From: Heteronotia binoei
Taxonomy: Eukaryota
Length of the DNA stretch: 63,852 nucleotides
Reading direction: 5' to 3'
Assembly: GCF_032191835.1 (NCBI RefSeq)
Contig: NC_083243.1
Location: forward strand, 50,282,001 to 50,345,852
In this document: positions 22,850 through 34,330 of the stretch, in pieces
How the letters are laid out: each line of letters starts with the position of its first letter
Position numbering within the stretch: position 1 is the stretch's first letter
Translations under genes and position numbers: made by a program
The notes under the pieces: generated by a model
What the model saw: the letters and a program-made list of their open reading frames with translations, nothing else
Databases searched by the model: none
What the model was told of the DNA's origin: nothing

Positions 22850-25207
22850 GTAAGTTGGGTAAAGGAAAAAGAGCACAGCAGATAAGATGTTGACTGACTT
22901 GAGGAACTGTAGGTGAACATGTTTACCCAGCTTTGAACTTGCACAGTGGCCTTGGGTATGTATTATATTTTGTCAGTCACTTATTGATTAAAATGGGGTG
23001 TTAAGAAGTTTGTTGTGAGTACAAATAAAACAATATAGTATGAGAAAGTGGGATAAAGAAGGGTGAGGATACCAAGGTCCTCTAAACTGAAAAAAAGGTA
23101 CTTCAAAAAGTACAAAAATTGTTTCTCAGTATGCCACAGTATTATGAATAAAATCATACTTGTCTATAGTAGTTTGCATTATATCTCATGTTTTCTAGAC
23201 TTTGAGCATCCAGGACTCCAGAGTTACACTCATGTAGTGGGGTCGAGGGGAGAAGGGCAAAGAGACATCAGCAATGCTCTGTGTGTGTGTAAATGATTCC
23301 TGCTTATGTACAGGGCTCTTTGGATCCCAGCCACTGAGTTCAAATGGTTGAGTTGGAGAAATGCTGTGTGTATTCCTCAGGGAAAACATTATTGAGTGAT
23401 GGAAGAAGAAGCAGTGTGCCTGCGCACTTGTAGACCTGTCTGAGCAAGAATCTAAAATTAAATCCAAGATAGAATGCAAAGTCATGAGGCAGGGAAACAA
23501 TGTAAAGCAAGCCCCCCCGCCCCCGCCCGCCCAAAACAGGGACATTTTCCTGCACATGCAAACACCCTGCCTTAGAGGAATAAGATCAACCTCACATTAA
23601 TGGTTTAGGAGTCCAGTCTCCGGTTCTTTTGGAAGAGATGGAGACTCCATGATTGAAGAATAAGAATGGTGGTGGGAAAAGAACAGTAAGCAATATGTTG
23701 AGGCTGAGACTTTCTTTCAGGCCACCTGTTAGAAGAAAACTCTGGGTAATGGTGAAAGATGGTATGGGTTTCAGAGCACAATCCTTAGAAGAGTTACATT
23801 ATTCTAAAATCCTTAGGAGAGTTACATTAAAGTCACTGGTCTTAAAAAGATGTAATTGTGTTTAGGATTGCATTGTCAATGTATTAAATTCAAGAGACAG
23901 CTGTATCTCAGTTAATAAGTTTTCTGTTCCCTCCTGTCCAACACTAGAGCCTATACTTTGAAATAACTGATTTTGACAGCAACAATGGCTCATGTGTTCG
24001 CTTTTCTATTCTTGGAATTCAGATCTTGTGGAACATTAAATCTAAGCAGAAGAGATTATGAATATGTGTTATACCATCTTGCATGAATGTTTTAATATAT
24101 GTTATCTGAGAAAACTTGTGCTCTTTTGTCCAGTTTATTTATTCTTTTGGGGTGGATTTCAAGTGGCTTGTAGCACCCCACTGAAAGGGTTGCCTTTTAC
24201 TTCCAAAGCCTACAACTGGAAACTGGATTTTTAAAAATTGTATTGAAACTGGATTTTTTTTTTTACTACTCTTCTGTGTAGATAGAAACAAAGCCTTGAT
24301 GTGGGCATAACATTTTGTTGCATGAGTAGACATGGGCCAACAGCCTTGAGAGGGAGAGAATAGACAGAATATTGAAAGACTCAGTGCTGCCATGCAAACA
24401 AAATGCCTTCACGTTCCCCTTCAATGTAGCTTCTGACAAATCATTCAGGATTTTTTCCAAGGTGCTTCTTTTGCAATGGAGGAAACTGCTCTATGCAAGC
24501 AGTGGTTGAGATGTGTTTATTTATTTACATATTTATACCCTGCTTTTTTTCTCCCCAGTCGAACTCAAAAGTGACCTACAGCATCATTCTTCTCTCCTTC
24601 ACTTATCACAACCTTGAGGTGGCCTGTGTTGAGAGAGTGACTGACCAAGGTTACCTAGTAATCTTCCATGGCCAAGTAGAAATTTGAACCTGGGTCTCCC
24701 AGATCCTGGTCTAACACCCTGGCTCTGAATGCACATAATTTGTTGGATTTTTGCTCTGACTTTTGTTTATACCTTTGATTATCCAGTCAGACAAAGGAAG
24801 CACAGCTTTAATTTAGGCTGTAGTATACTTGTAAAGTAATGTAAATAAAGACTGTCTCATCATTATCTCTGCCTTATCTAGTGCTCATTTCAGTTTTCCA
24901 GTCTTTGTTGCAATCCCATAAATGAATTAGTGCTTTTCTCTGAAACATATTTGTACAAATATATATGTACATATCAAGATTTCCAGCCCTACTTTTTCTG
25001 TATATAGATGGGTATGCTGTTGGCCAGCTCACTTCTACCGTTTATATAAAAGGCAGTACAGTATTTCTGTCTGTCGGTTGTGCTGGATTTTGGGTGTGTG
25101 CACTTTGGAATGTTCAGAATTCTGTCTGCCCTGATTCTATGCATGGCTTTCTCCTTAAACATAGGAACCCTGTTAGGGGGCAGGTCCCTGGTGCTGTTTA
25201 GTTTGAG

Positions 25208-25590
25208 GTAGCATCAGAGCTGTTAGGGAGAGGAGAGGAGGTGAATTACCTGCTCCCAGTTCCTTGCTACTTAAAGCACCAGTAACACCAGCAGGAGGAA
25301 AATCTATGGCCTGGTTGATTACATGTGTGGCTTTTGGTGGGACAGGGGGCCTCCTGTTCTCTTCTCTCCTTTCCCCACACAGGCAAATGTGCAAACTCAA
25401 TATGGATTGGCTTTGGGTATCTGGAGTCAATTTTGGAGAGAGCAGATATGGATAATCAGAATTGCTTTTGCTATTGTTGATGCTTCGCAAGTTATAACTC
25501 CCCTTTGACTGCTGTAGCATCAGAGCTGTTAGGGAGAGGAGAGGAGGTGAATTACCTGCTCCCAGTTCCTTGCTACTTAAAGCACCAGTA
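25208..25590. repeat. 77-bp perfect direct repeat (25208-25284, 25514-25590), period 306
   Basis: Identical gtagcatcagagctg...aaagcaccagta, continuing about 13 nt with two mismatches. Confidence 0.95.
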
Positions 25591-26545
25591 GCACCAGCAT
25601 GAGCCCTTCCCTGCTGTCTTATGGCGATTGTCCAGAGTAAAAATTGACCATCGAAAGTAGGTGAGCAAGCACACTCTGTAAATTTGGTACTGTGGCTGGT
25701 ATATTCCATCTTGGCATTCATCTGCTGCAGCCATGTAGGATAGAATTTAATACACAGCTGCTTCCCATTCCGATTAAAGCAGTACTGCAGAGTGAGATAA
25801 CTGAGAGAAATGGCAGTTTCATTAAGTGCTTCCTGAAAGTGTACAAGGACAAAGTGCGGCATGGGCAACTTTCATCAGAAGTGAGCCAGCAGCTTACTAT
25901 CAGGTTCAGATTCACAAGGTGAACTGGGAAGAAACTGGAATTGAGAAAAGTGTATAATTTATTATTATTGTTGTTGTTGTTGTTGTTGTATAGCATTGTA
26001 TGTAGTATAGCCAAGAGATCTGAAGATTGTCTGGTAGCCTTAAGTTCTAGCTCCTTTAGGTAGCAGTCTAGACTTATTGGGGGGTGGGGGGAGCTAAGAG
26101 CTCTCAGAGCTGTGACTGACCCAAGGTCATGTGGAAGAGTATGGAGTTGAACCTGGTTCTCCAAATTAGAGTCTGCCACTCTTAACCACTACACAACAAT
26201 GGCTTCCTAGAGGAAAGTGTATGATTAAAGCCAGGCACAATTAGTCCAAATGTTTAGGTTAGTTTGCTAAGCATGGGAAAATTCTATTGGATGATTGCAT
26301 GTATCCAAGCGACAGCAGCAGGGATGTATGGGGGAGAGAGTGGAAATAATTCTATTCCCATGTTTGGTGGTCTTCAGCTCTGTGTCTTAGTAAATATAGC
26401 TGTAAGCAAATTCAGCTGACAAACTGTCGATGTTTACAGTAGGCAAAAGATGTTTTAACACTTAATTGCTTAGTGAAGACAAAGGTGATGCCGGCAGGAA
26501 GATGCAGAGTTGAGTGGCTGCAGAGGGACATCTGTCTGCTACTCT

Positions 26546-26852
26546 AAAAAGGTAAAGGTAGTCCCCTGTGCAAGCACCAGTTGTTTCCGACTCTGGGGTG
26601 ACATCGCATTGCGACGTTTTCATGGCAGACTTTTTATGGGGTGGTTTGCCATTGCCTTCCCCAGTCATCTACACTTCCCCCCACCCCCCCCAGCAACCTA
26701 GGAACTCATTTTACTGACCTCGGAAGGATGGAAGACTGAGTCAACCTTGAGCCAGCTACCTGAACCCAGCTTCCGCTGGGATCGAACTCAGGTCTTGAGC
26801 AGATAGCTCAGACTGCATTACTGCAGCTTTACCACTCTGTGCCATGGGTCTC
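26546..26852 (-). mobile_element. Sauria SINE, full length
   Basis: tRNA-like head, (ACCTTT)n tail, 14-bp TSD CTGTCTGCTACTCT (26532-26545, 26853-26866). Confidence 0.9.
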
Positions 26853-29021
26853 CTGTCTGCTACTCTGCAGGCTCTCAAATGAGCTGTTAAACATCTCTTG
26901 GTACTTTCAGCAGTGCTTTTAAATGCCAGTTAGCTGACTGCTTCTTAAAACACATGAGGCAGGATTAGGGGCATCAAGGCCTGGTTCAGGCTGCCTTGTG
27001 CCTTTTTCACCCAGAATCTCTGACTTAGAACACACATTTTTTATAACTGCAGGAGTCCATAGTAGCAGTGTTTTGCAGACATATCTCAGTTTTGCTCTGC
27101 TGCTCTCCCTGTCATTCTTATTATGGGCATCCTACTATCAGACCTGCAAAACTCCTTATTGGCCCCCCCTCAACACTTCACTTTGCCAGTGGCCTTCTGT
27201 CTTGACTTTCACTTCTCCCTGCTGCTCTGTTCTCAACAGTGTAGGGTATCAGATCCACTCCACCACTCTGGCTTGTGAAATTACCTGAAAACATTAAAGC
27301 CTTCCAGGCAGGAAGCAGCTCAATACAAAATAACAATTGAGAACTAGGTGTTCTGGAGAAACCTACAATATGGACAGACGCATTGACTGTTGGCACTAAC
27401 AATAGTTTCAGTTTACTGAGTGCCAGATTCGATGCAGACTTTACCTGTTCTCCAAGCTCATTTGTGCTTTAGCATCACACCTCCTCCAGTCTGGCAATGG
27501 TCAGGAAGCTAATATATCAGTGCACAGAAGTAATTGAGAGTAATTATATTGCAAAATGTATTGTGTATGTTTTATCACTGGTATGATCTCACATGCTAGC
27601 CATACCATGAATTCTGATATGTGCTATTCTATTTTATGAGAACCATACCGTAGAATAGGTGTCAGTTATTCTAGATTCATAGATGTTTCAAGACAGACTC
27701 TGATTTTCATCAGTAAGAGCAACTTTATTGTCCATAGGATGTTTTCTGAACAAAATTGTCAGCTACTGCTTGGAATTTATTACAGATTTATACATTTCCC
27801 AGCCTTGGAAATTGTGTGTGTGTGTTTTCACTATTTTAAACCACTTGTACAATGTCCAGAGTGGTTAATAAAATTGTAAGCAACACGAAATATGTATATT
27901 ATCTTACCTGCATCAGTATTCAGATCAGACTTCCAAGAAAAGCCATCAGTTGTGGAATAAACAAGTCTTCATCTGTATCCTAAATAAGGGGAATGGAGAA
28001 GACTGGCAATCTTCCAAAGGGAGAGAATGTCACAACTACAGAAAGTACTGACAGGGCTCTGCATCTAGTGGATGTCAGCTCTGTATTGACCTATGTTCGT
28101 TTCCTGTGGAGAGCTTCATCAGCAGATCTTAAGAGATGGGAAGTATTTATGGGCATAGAATCATAGAGTTGGAAGGGATCTTCATCTAGCAGATCACTCT
28201 AATTGGAAAGTTATTAAGGTATCCATCCATTGATAGCATTTTGTAATAGTAGGCAAAGCTGACAAATCTATCCAAAGCACCTCTGGTCACAACCACTATC
28301 TGGAAATTCGAAAGCAATGTTTAGAACCAAGAGGATCCCCAAATCAAAAATCCTATCCTTCAGGAAGTGTGTAGTTCCATTTAGAACATGTATTTCCCCT
28401 TTCTTCAGTGCCTGTCCCTATCATCATCATCTTATTTTTTTTATTATTAAGCTTTGACTCTACCCACAAATACCCCATGCACCTATTAACAGTTTCTTCT
28501 GATTCACCTAGAAGCTGAAGGAAAGCCGGTTCCGTTTCTACCTGTTAATTTTCCTTTCATAGGTCTTCCCCACTCTTCCTAACTAAATTCTGTGAACTTA
28601 CCTAAATTAATTCTGCTTTTTCTTGTTTGCTGTATCCTAGAAGTTTCACAGCTGACTATATGCCCCTCTTCCTGTAGCTGTAGTTTGAGTTGTCGATACT
28701 TAGTCTTCTAGTTTTCCTCTGAAACTAATCCTTCAGGTTACTGCATTCCCCCTTTTCATGTTTTCATCAACCGAGCCATCTCTGAAAATGCAAAACAGAT
28801 TGTCAGTTATTTCACTGCCATTTGTACAAATTACGGGAACCAGGCTTTTCATAAATGGGGTTTGAAGTGTTTAAGGAACTATGATTTCTGAGCCACTTGT
28901 GGGAAGGGCGGGATATACGGTAAATTCTAAATAAATAAATGATTTCTGTAGGAAGCACTTGCAGAGCATGTCTCATTAAAAAAAACTGCTTTTTGTTGAC
29001 ATTTGTTTTAAATCTTTCTAG

Positions 29022-29112
29022 AAACAAAAGTTCCAGCAAACAAGAGCCAAAAAGTATACTGGAGAAGCTGCGCTGGGTGACTTTGGGATACCATTATAAC
29101 TGGAATACCAAG
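29022..29112 (+). CDS. ALKBH1: ALKBH1 exon 4
   Basis: tttctag|A...AAG|gtattt; 91 nt encoding [30 protein letters not shown]. Confidence 0.96.
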
Positions 29113-29890
29113 GTATTTGAGGTTACCATTATATTGACCAAAAGATCCCCTTAGCAATGTGTAACTCTTAGTGAATGCAACAGCTGGGTTTTGGTTGAAT
29201 GTATTCTTGGCATGGTTTGGGATTTTAAGCCTAAAGCCCACAGTCCAGTCTTCTTCCTGTAGACATCATGGACTCCTGAAGCTATTTGAAGCCAGAATTG
29301 TCTTTCTAATCAGATTGTACACCTGAGGTAGAGTGAGGAATCTTCGTCTATCAGCATATTGCAGATGGCTTAACCAAATGAGTTGCAGCCTTATCGGAAT
29401 AGAATGAACTGCTTATTGTATGGCTCTAATAAGAAATCCAAGCTATTCAATCCCAGTCTTCTTGTTAGACACATCTAGTGGAGTGAGATTACAGCTGAGG
29501 AATAGGTGTCCTTACAGACAGATGGGAAAGATGGTGGACAAAGGTGATATAATGAGAATCTTCTAGTCTAAAAACTGTTCATTAGCTGCTCTGTACAACA
29601 TACTGAGCATCTCTTTTGCTTATCACTATCACAGTGGCTGGTGCTGACTAGCCTGCTTGTTCACAATCACAGTAGCAATTCAGTCCCTGAGTGTGTATAT
29701 TTCTGCAGATCCAAATACATTAGACACCACATGAAGAAGGGTTAAGAATTGAAGAAGTTGTCGGCAAAATGTTGTCCTTTAAGTCCCTTGGGGTCAACCC
29801 TTTTGAGTGACTGTTGGATGTATTTGTAGGCAGGCTTGGTTAGTCTAGTTGAGTTTCCTCAGTGATTTCCTTCCTATTTCCCTTCCCCAG

Positions 29891-30084
29891 AAATACTCAG
29901 CTGATCACTATACCCCCTTTCCACCTGACCTGGCTTTCCTTTCAAAGCAAGTGGCTAAAGCTTGTGGCTTTCTAGGCTTCCAAGCAGAAGCAGGAATCCT
30001 GAATTATTATCACTTTGATTCTTCTCTGGGAATTCATGTGGATGAGTCTGAGCTGGACCATTCTCAGCCCCTCCTATCATTCAG
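29891..30084 (+). CDS. ALKBH1: ALKBH1 exon 5 (HxD iron-binding motif)
   Basis: ccccag|AAA...AG|gtgagc; 194 nt encoding [17 protein letters not shown]...[18 protein letters not shown](S). Confidence 0.96.
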
Positions 30085-30364
30085 GTGAGCTGTACAATGG
30101 ATTTTTGCATTGTAAAAGGTAAGGCATACCTGTTTATCTTCTATTCAAGGCACATTTCTTTTAAGTTGTAGAAGACCAGTGCTTTTTTGGTAGAAAATTC
30201 CCAGCAGCAGCTCATTTCCATATTAGGCCACGCCGCCTGGCCTGGGAGCACGTGGCTGCCACACGGTGGGTTGGGCCAATGAGTTCAGAATTATAGGCAG
30301 CAGCCCAGAGTTGTAGAATGGCAGGATTGCTAAAAAACATAAGTGTCTTGAGAGCCAGAATGTG

Positions 30365-30900
30365 TTTCTGTGTGTTAAGTGCAGTCAAGTTGCCTCCAAC
30401 ACATGGCAACCCCATTAATCAATGTTCTCCCAAATGTCCTATTATCAACAACCTTGCTGAGGTCTTGCAGACTAAGGGCTGTGGCTTTGAGTCAATCTAT
30501 GTCATGCTGAGTTTTCCTCTTTTCCTAGCATTATTGCCTTTTCATTATGCAACCAAAGTACTATAGCCTCAGTTTAGTCATTTTAGCTTCTAGGGAAAGT
30601 ACAGTTTTAATCTGATCTAGAACCCACTGATTTGTCTTTTTGGCAGTCCCACAGTACCTGTAAAATTCTCCTCCAACACTATATTTCAAATGAATTAACT
30701 TTCATCCTGACAGCTTTCTTCACTGTCAAACTTTCACACCTGTACATAGTAATGGGGAATACTGTGGCCTGAATTTACTTGCTCCAGGAACAGATTCTTA
30801 CACTTAAGAATCTTTTCTGGTTCCTTCATGGCTGCCCTTCCCAGACCCAGTCTCCTGATTGCTTGGTTGCAGTCTCCCTTTTGGTTGACAGTGGAGCCAA
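30365..30900 (-). mobile_element. Degraded RTE-clade fragment in ALKBH1 intron 5
   Basis: Reverse complement resembles the 8175 tail and the RTE ORF end. Confidence 0.6.
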
Positions 30901-31748
30901 GGAATAGAATATCTTGAACAGTTTCAGTTTCTTCATCATTAACCTTAGTGTAATTCCCCAGCAGTCATTACTTGTATCATTTTGGTGTTTGGCTGTAATC
31001 CTGTTTTAGCCAGAATAGTGGCTTTTATTTATCCTCTTCTCCAGTGAGGCAGGTTAGGTCACGAGGAGAAATATGGGAGCCTTGCTACCACACCTTACTG
31101 CCATTTTATCTTGAACTGGCTTGTTTGTCTATACAATAAGAGGCAAACTACATGTGATGCTAAATGTATGTATTTTGCTCAGTTCTTTTTTACTTGATGC
31201 ATAGAGACTGCAGTCTAAAATAGAAGATCAGTACAGGGTATTGGGACTTTAAAATCGTTTAGCGTAATACTTTTCCTCTGGAAGAATCAAGTTTGGAGGC
31301 ATGATTTTCACTGAAGAATTTCCAGAGAAGGAAGGGTTAAGATGCTTCCCATCGCACATACACATGCTAGTTTTATGCTTTAGATTATAGCTTCTGTGGC
31401 TACATTTCATCACAGATCAAACATCTGGCACAAGCTTTGTGTGACTAGGTGCTATATGTGGTTTAGCCCTGAGAGTGTCTTTCAGCCATCCATACTGCCC
31501 AGAGTTTAATGTGCTGCATTACTTTTGGTTGTTTTACGGCTGAATATGAAAATGAGCAATTAATGGAAGGTACTTTGCTCTCTTAAGATTTTACAAAAAT
31601 AATTACTTTGCAAAAATAAGAACCAACATGGCATACAGATGGCAGTAAGTGGATTTCTCTCTAATGTACTAAAAGGGATAATGATAAATTTGTATGTAGG
31701 TACAACTTTGCTAACTGACTTTTGTCATCCTCTGCTTTTTCCCTTCAG

Positions 31749-32172
31749 TTTTGGACAACCATCCATATTTTTGTTGGGGGGGCTGAAACGAGACGAAGCC
31801 CCTGTGGCCATGTTCATACACAGTGGGGATGTGATGGTCATGTCTGGCTTCAGCCGTCTGCTATACCATGCAGTTCCCAGAGTTCTGCCCAACCTTGAGG
31901 GGAAACCTCTGCCTTCTTGCCTGGAGCTGCCTCTCCCTGATGATCTTCCTGCAGACTCAGTTATTGAGTCCTGTTCCCAAGATGATTGGCAAGTCTGTGC
32001 CAGATATTTGCAAGGATCCCGCATCAACATGACCATCAGGCAAGTTCTAGCTGAAGGCCAGAGCTTCCCAACTGAATCTGGGATGGAGAATAAACTGGAT
32101 GTTCTTTCCAAGGGTTCCTATCATGAAGAGAACAGTGAAATCAAAAGGCACAAACCTGATACAGATAGCTGA
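31749..32172 (+). CDS. ALKBH1: ALKBH1 exon 6 (last coding exon)
   Basis: ccttcag|T; encodes [11 protein letters not shown]...LLYHAVPRV...[11 protein letters not shown]...PDTDS then TGA, with the distal His and 2OG-binding Arg present. Total CDS 1110 nt, 369 aa. Confidence 0.97.
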
Positions 32173-32810
32173 GACCACCTGGAAGCCTCCCCCCCCCCAG
32201 CTGTGGCCCACTGTGAGGCCCAGCCCAACCCACAGCCACTCACTCAGACCCAGGGAGGGCCAAAGATGCCAGTGAAGGAACCTGGAGACAGTGCATGAAT
32301 GAGCAGGCTGTGGGAGAAGAAGGCATGGCTGGTGTCCCCATTGCTAGCTCATCCAGGTGGCAGGAAGTGCAGTACCCAGCAGCACAGAAGGCCTGGTGAT
32401 CAGCTCATCAGTGGACCGAGGAGGAAATCCAGCTCACCTGACCTGGTAGAGAGGCAAGCCTGGCCAGGAAGGGACCTATGCAGCCTCATCTTTGCACCTG
32501 CATGGGCTCAGCCCTGGCTGCTGGGATAGGAGAGGGGGGGGAGGCCTTGTAGGAGGAAGGGGGAGGAGGCAAGGGACATGACAGAAGGGAGCAAGCAGGC
32601 TGGTAGGAGATCCCTGCCTCAAGGAACAGGGCAGAAGAAACCCTTGAAGAGCAGCAAGCCTTGCTCCTGGACGCCATCAAGAAGGCTGAAGTCTGCAGAG
32701 GGCCCAAAGAAGGACTGTGAAATAACCATGCTCCACCCTCAATAACCTTGTCTACCTTCAATAAAAAAACAGCATAGTAGCAGCAAACAGTCTCATGATT
32801 CTTAAAGGGC
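32173..32810 (+). mobile_element. Probable degenerate LTR-like sequence occupying the ALKBH1 3' UTR
   Basis: Abrupt switch at the stop codon to GC/purine-rich sequence with a broken pseudo-ORF, ending in AATAAA plus a U5-like stretch. No TSD or TG..CA termini could be fixed. Confidence 0.35.
32760..32765 (+). terminator. ALKBH1: Probable ALKBH1 polyadenylation signal
   Basis: First AATAAA seen after the stop codon. Confidence 0.5.
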
Positions 32811-32814
32811 TGGG

Positions 32815-32931
32815 ATGAATGGGCAATATAATACACCCTTGTCCCTAGCAGCCTTCACACTCACACTGGTCACAGCCCAGTGTGGGAAGGTTATTACCCA
32901 TCCAAGTGGAGAACAACTGCTGCTGGGAAGG
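32815..32931 (+). CDS. Candidate novel gene, exon A (signal-peptide-like)
   Basis: gggATGA start with in-frame TAA upstream; encodes MNGQYNTPLSLAAFTLTLVTAQCGKVITHPSGEQLLLGR; donor AGG|gtatgt. Prediction only. Confidence 0.35.
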
Positions 32932-33510
32932 GTATGTGGCTAAATTAGAACTATGATTATTAAGTAGTTAAGTACTGGGTTTGGTAATAGATCCATTGCA
33001 TGGTCTGAAACATAATGATGGAGCAATCCATCTGAAGCTAAGTAGGTATGGGCCTGACTAGGGCCTATACAGGAGACCCCATGGGAACCGCAAAAAGAAA
33101 TGTTAATAATAAACCACATTTTCACCTGGGTTGAAATTGCAATGAGCCTCCAAAGGCATTTTGTTTGCAGCCCCTGAATGTACATCCCTGCCTGGAAGCC
33201 ATTGGCTTACCCTGAATTCCACTCTGATGGACTCCTGCTGTGTCATCTAGAGACCTGCTGTATGCCTCACAATGTGTTTATTACCCTTTGACTGGTGCAG
33301 AGGGTTCATTTTGTGAGTGGGATGGGGCTTTTTCTTCAAAACACTCTTAAGTTCCCAGAGCAAAATAATTACGGATTGTCTAGTGATTTTTCTATTCAAG
33401 ATGTCCTTTTCTCCCCCCCTTTTTTCTGAATACTAAAGCCACCCTGTTCCATCAGTGTCAGGCCATTTTGTTGCCAGCATAATACAGTCTTTGCAGCCTG
33501 CCTTCTTTAG

Positions 33511-33611
33511 GAGCAGGCTGAAGAGAATGACTTTACAAACAGGAACAATGAAGTTGTAGACGAAGCACCCAGAAAGAAAATTAATCAGCGGCTATCTCTA
33601 CTGCCCAAAAG
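33511..33611 (+). CDS. Candidate novel gene, exon B
   Basis: ccttctttag|GAG...AAG|gtaaat; open in phase 0: EQAEENDFTNRNNEVVDEAPRKKINQRLSLLPK(R). Prediction only. Confidence 0.4.
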
Positions 33612-34305
33612 GTAAATATATTGAAACAAATAAGGACAACACAGCCTTCTGTGCCCATCTGTTTTAGGATTCCGACTTCCCTATCTGGTTTTTAATGCAA
33701 TTTTAATTGCCAGAGTGCAGTGCTCTGTCCCTGGGGTGTTTTGCCGCTCTTTTCCCATGAATAAGCTTACTCTGCTTTAAATTAAAGATCCCTATCTGTC
33801 TTGGAGAGCTTCTCCCTACCCCCATCCTCCTGCTTCGTTATTTGGCAGTACTGTTTGAGCTGCTTGGAGCAACTCTTTCACTTTTTCCTTCAAGCTGTAT
33901 TCAGTCCTGCTGCTCATAATCCTCCCCCCCCCCCAACAGGTGGTATCTGCTCACTTTAGTGTCTGCTTGCTTTAATTAAATGGCTGGGTTCTGCTGAACA
34001 GATTCTGGGGTCTTCAAAATATGGCACTAATACTATATCCTGTTACACATATATATTGGCCAGGAGCTTTTATGCTATAATGCAGTTAAGATTTGCAGTT
34101 AGGTATACTCCCAAGTAAATTTCCATATGATTGTGGCCTTAGGAGAGTAAAGTTGCCTGCATGGGGAGGTGGGGTTTTGGTGAGCCAAAGAAGAGGGAGA
34201 ATGGTAGGGGAAGGGGAGACTGCTGTTCAGAATATCAATCCTTAATTGGTCTTGTGGAAGCATATAAAAACAAGAACAAGTCACTTTTTCTCTTTTCTAC
34301 TATAG

Positions 34306-34330
34306 GGCCAGGAACATGGTCAAGGTTTGA
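34306..34330 (+). CDS. Candidate novel gene, exon C (terminal CDS)
   Basis: Strong acceptor cactttttctcttttctactatag|G; continues in phase 2 as (R)ARNMVKV then TGA; ATTAAA at 34623. Prediction only. Confidence 0.33.

Noticed and set aside
25173-25868. 231-aa minus-strand ORF with an internal repeat
   Set aside because: The repeat reflects the 77-bp DNA duplication; there is no recognisable domain and it lies antisense in an ALKBH1 intron.
32815-34330. Assigning the candidate peptide to motilin/ghrelin, osteocalcin or urotensin-like families
   Set aside because: Only superficial resemblance in exon size or layout; the family-defining residues are absent and those genes are not known to me at this locus.
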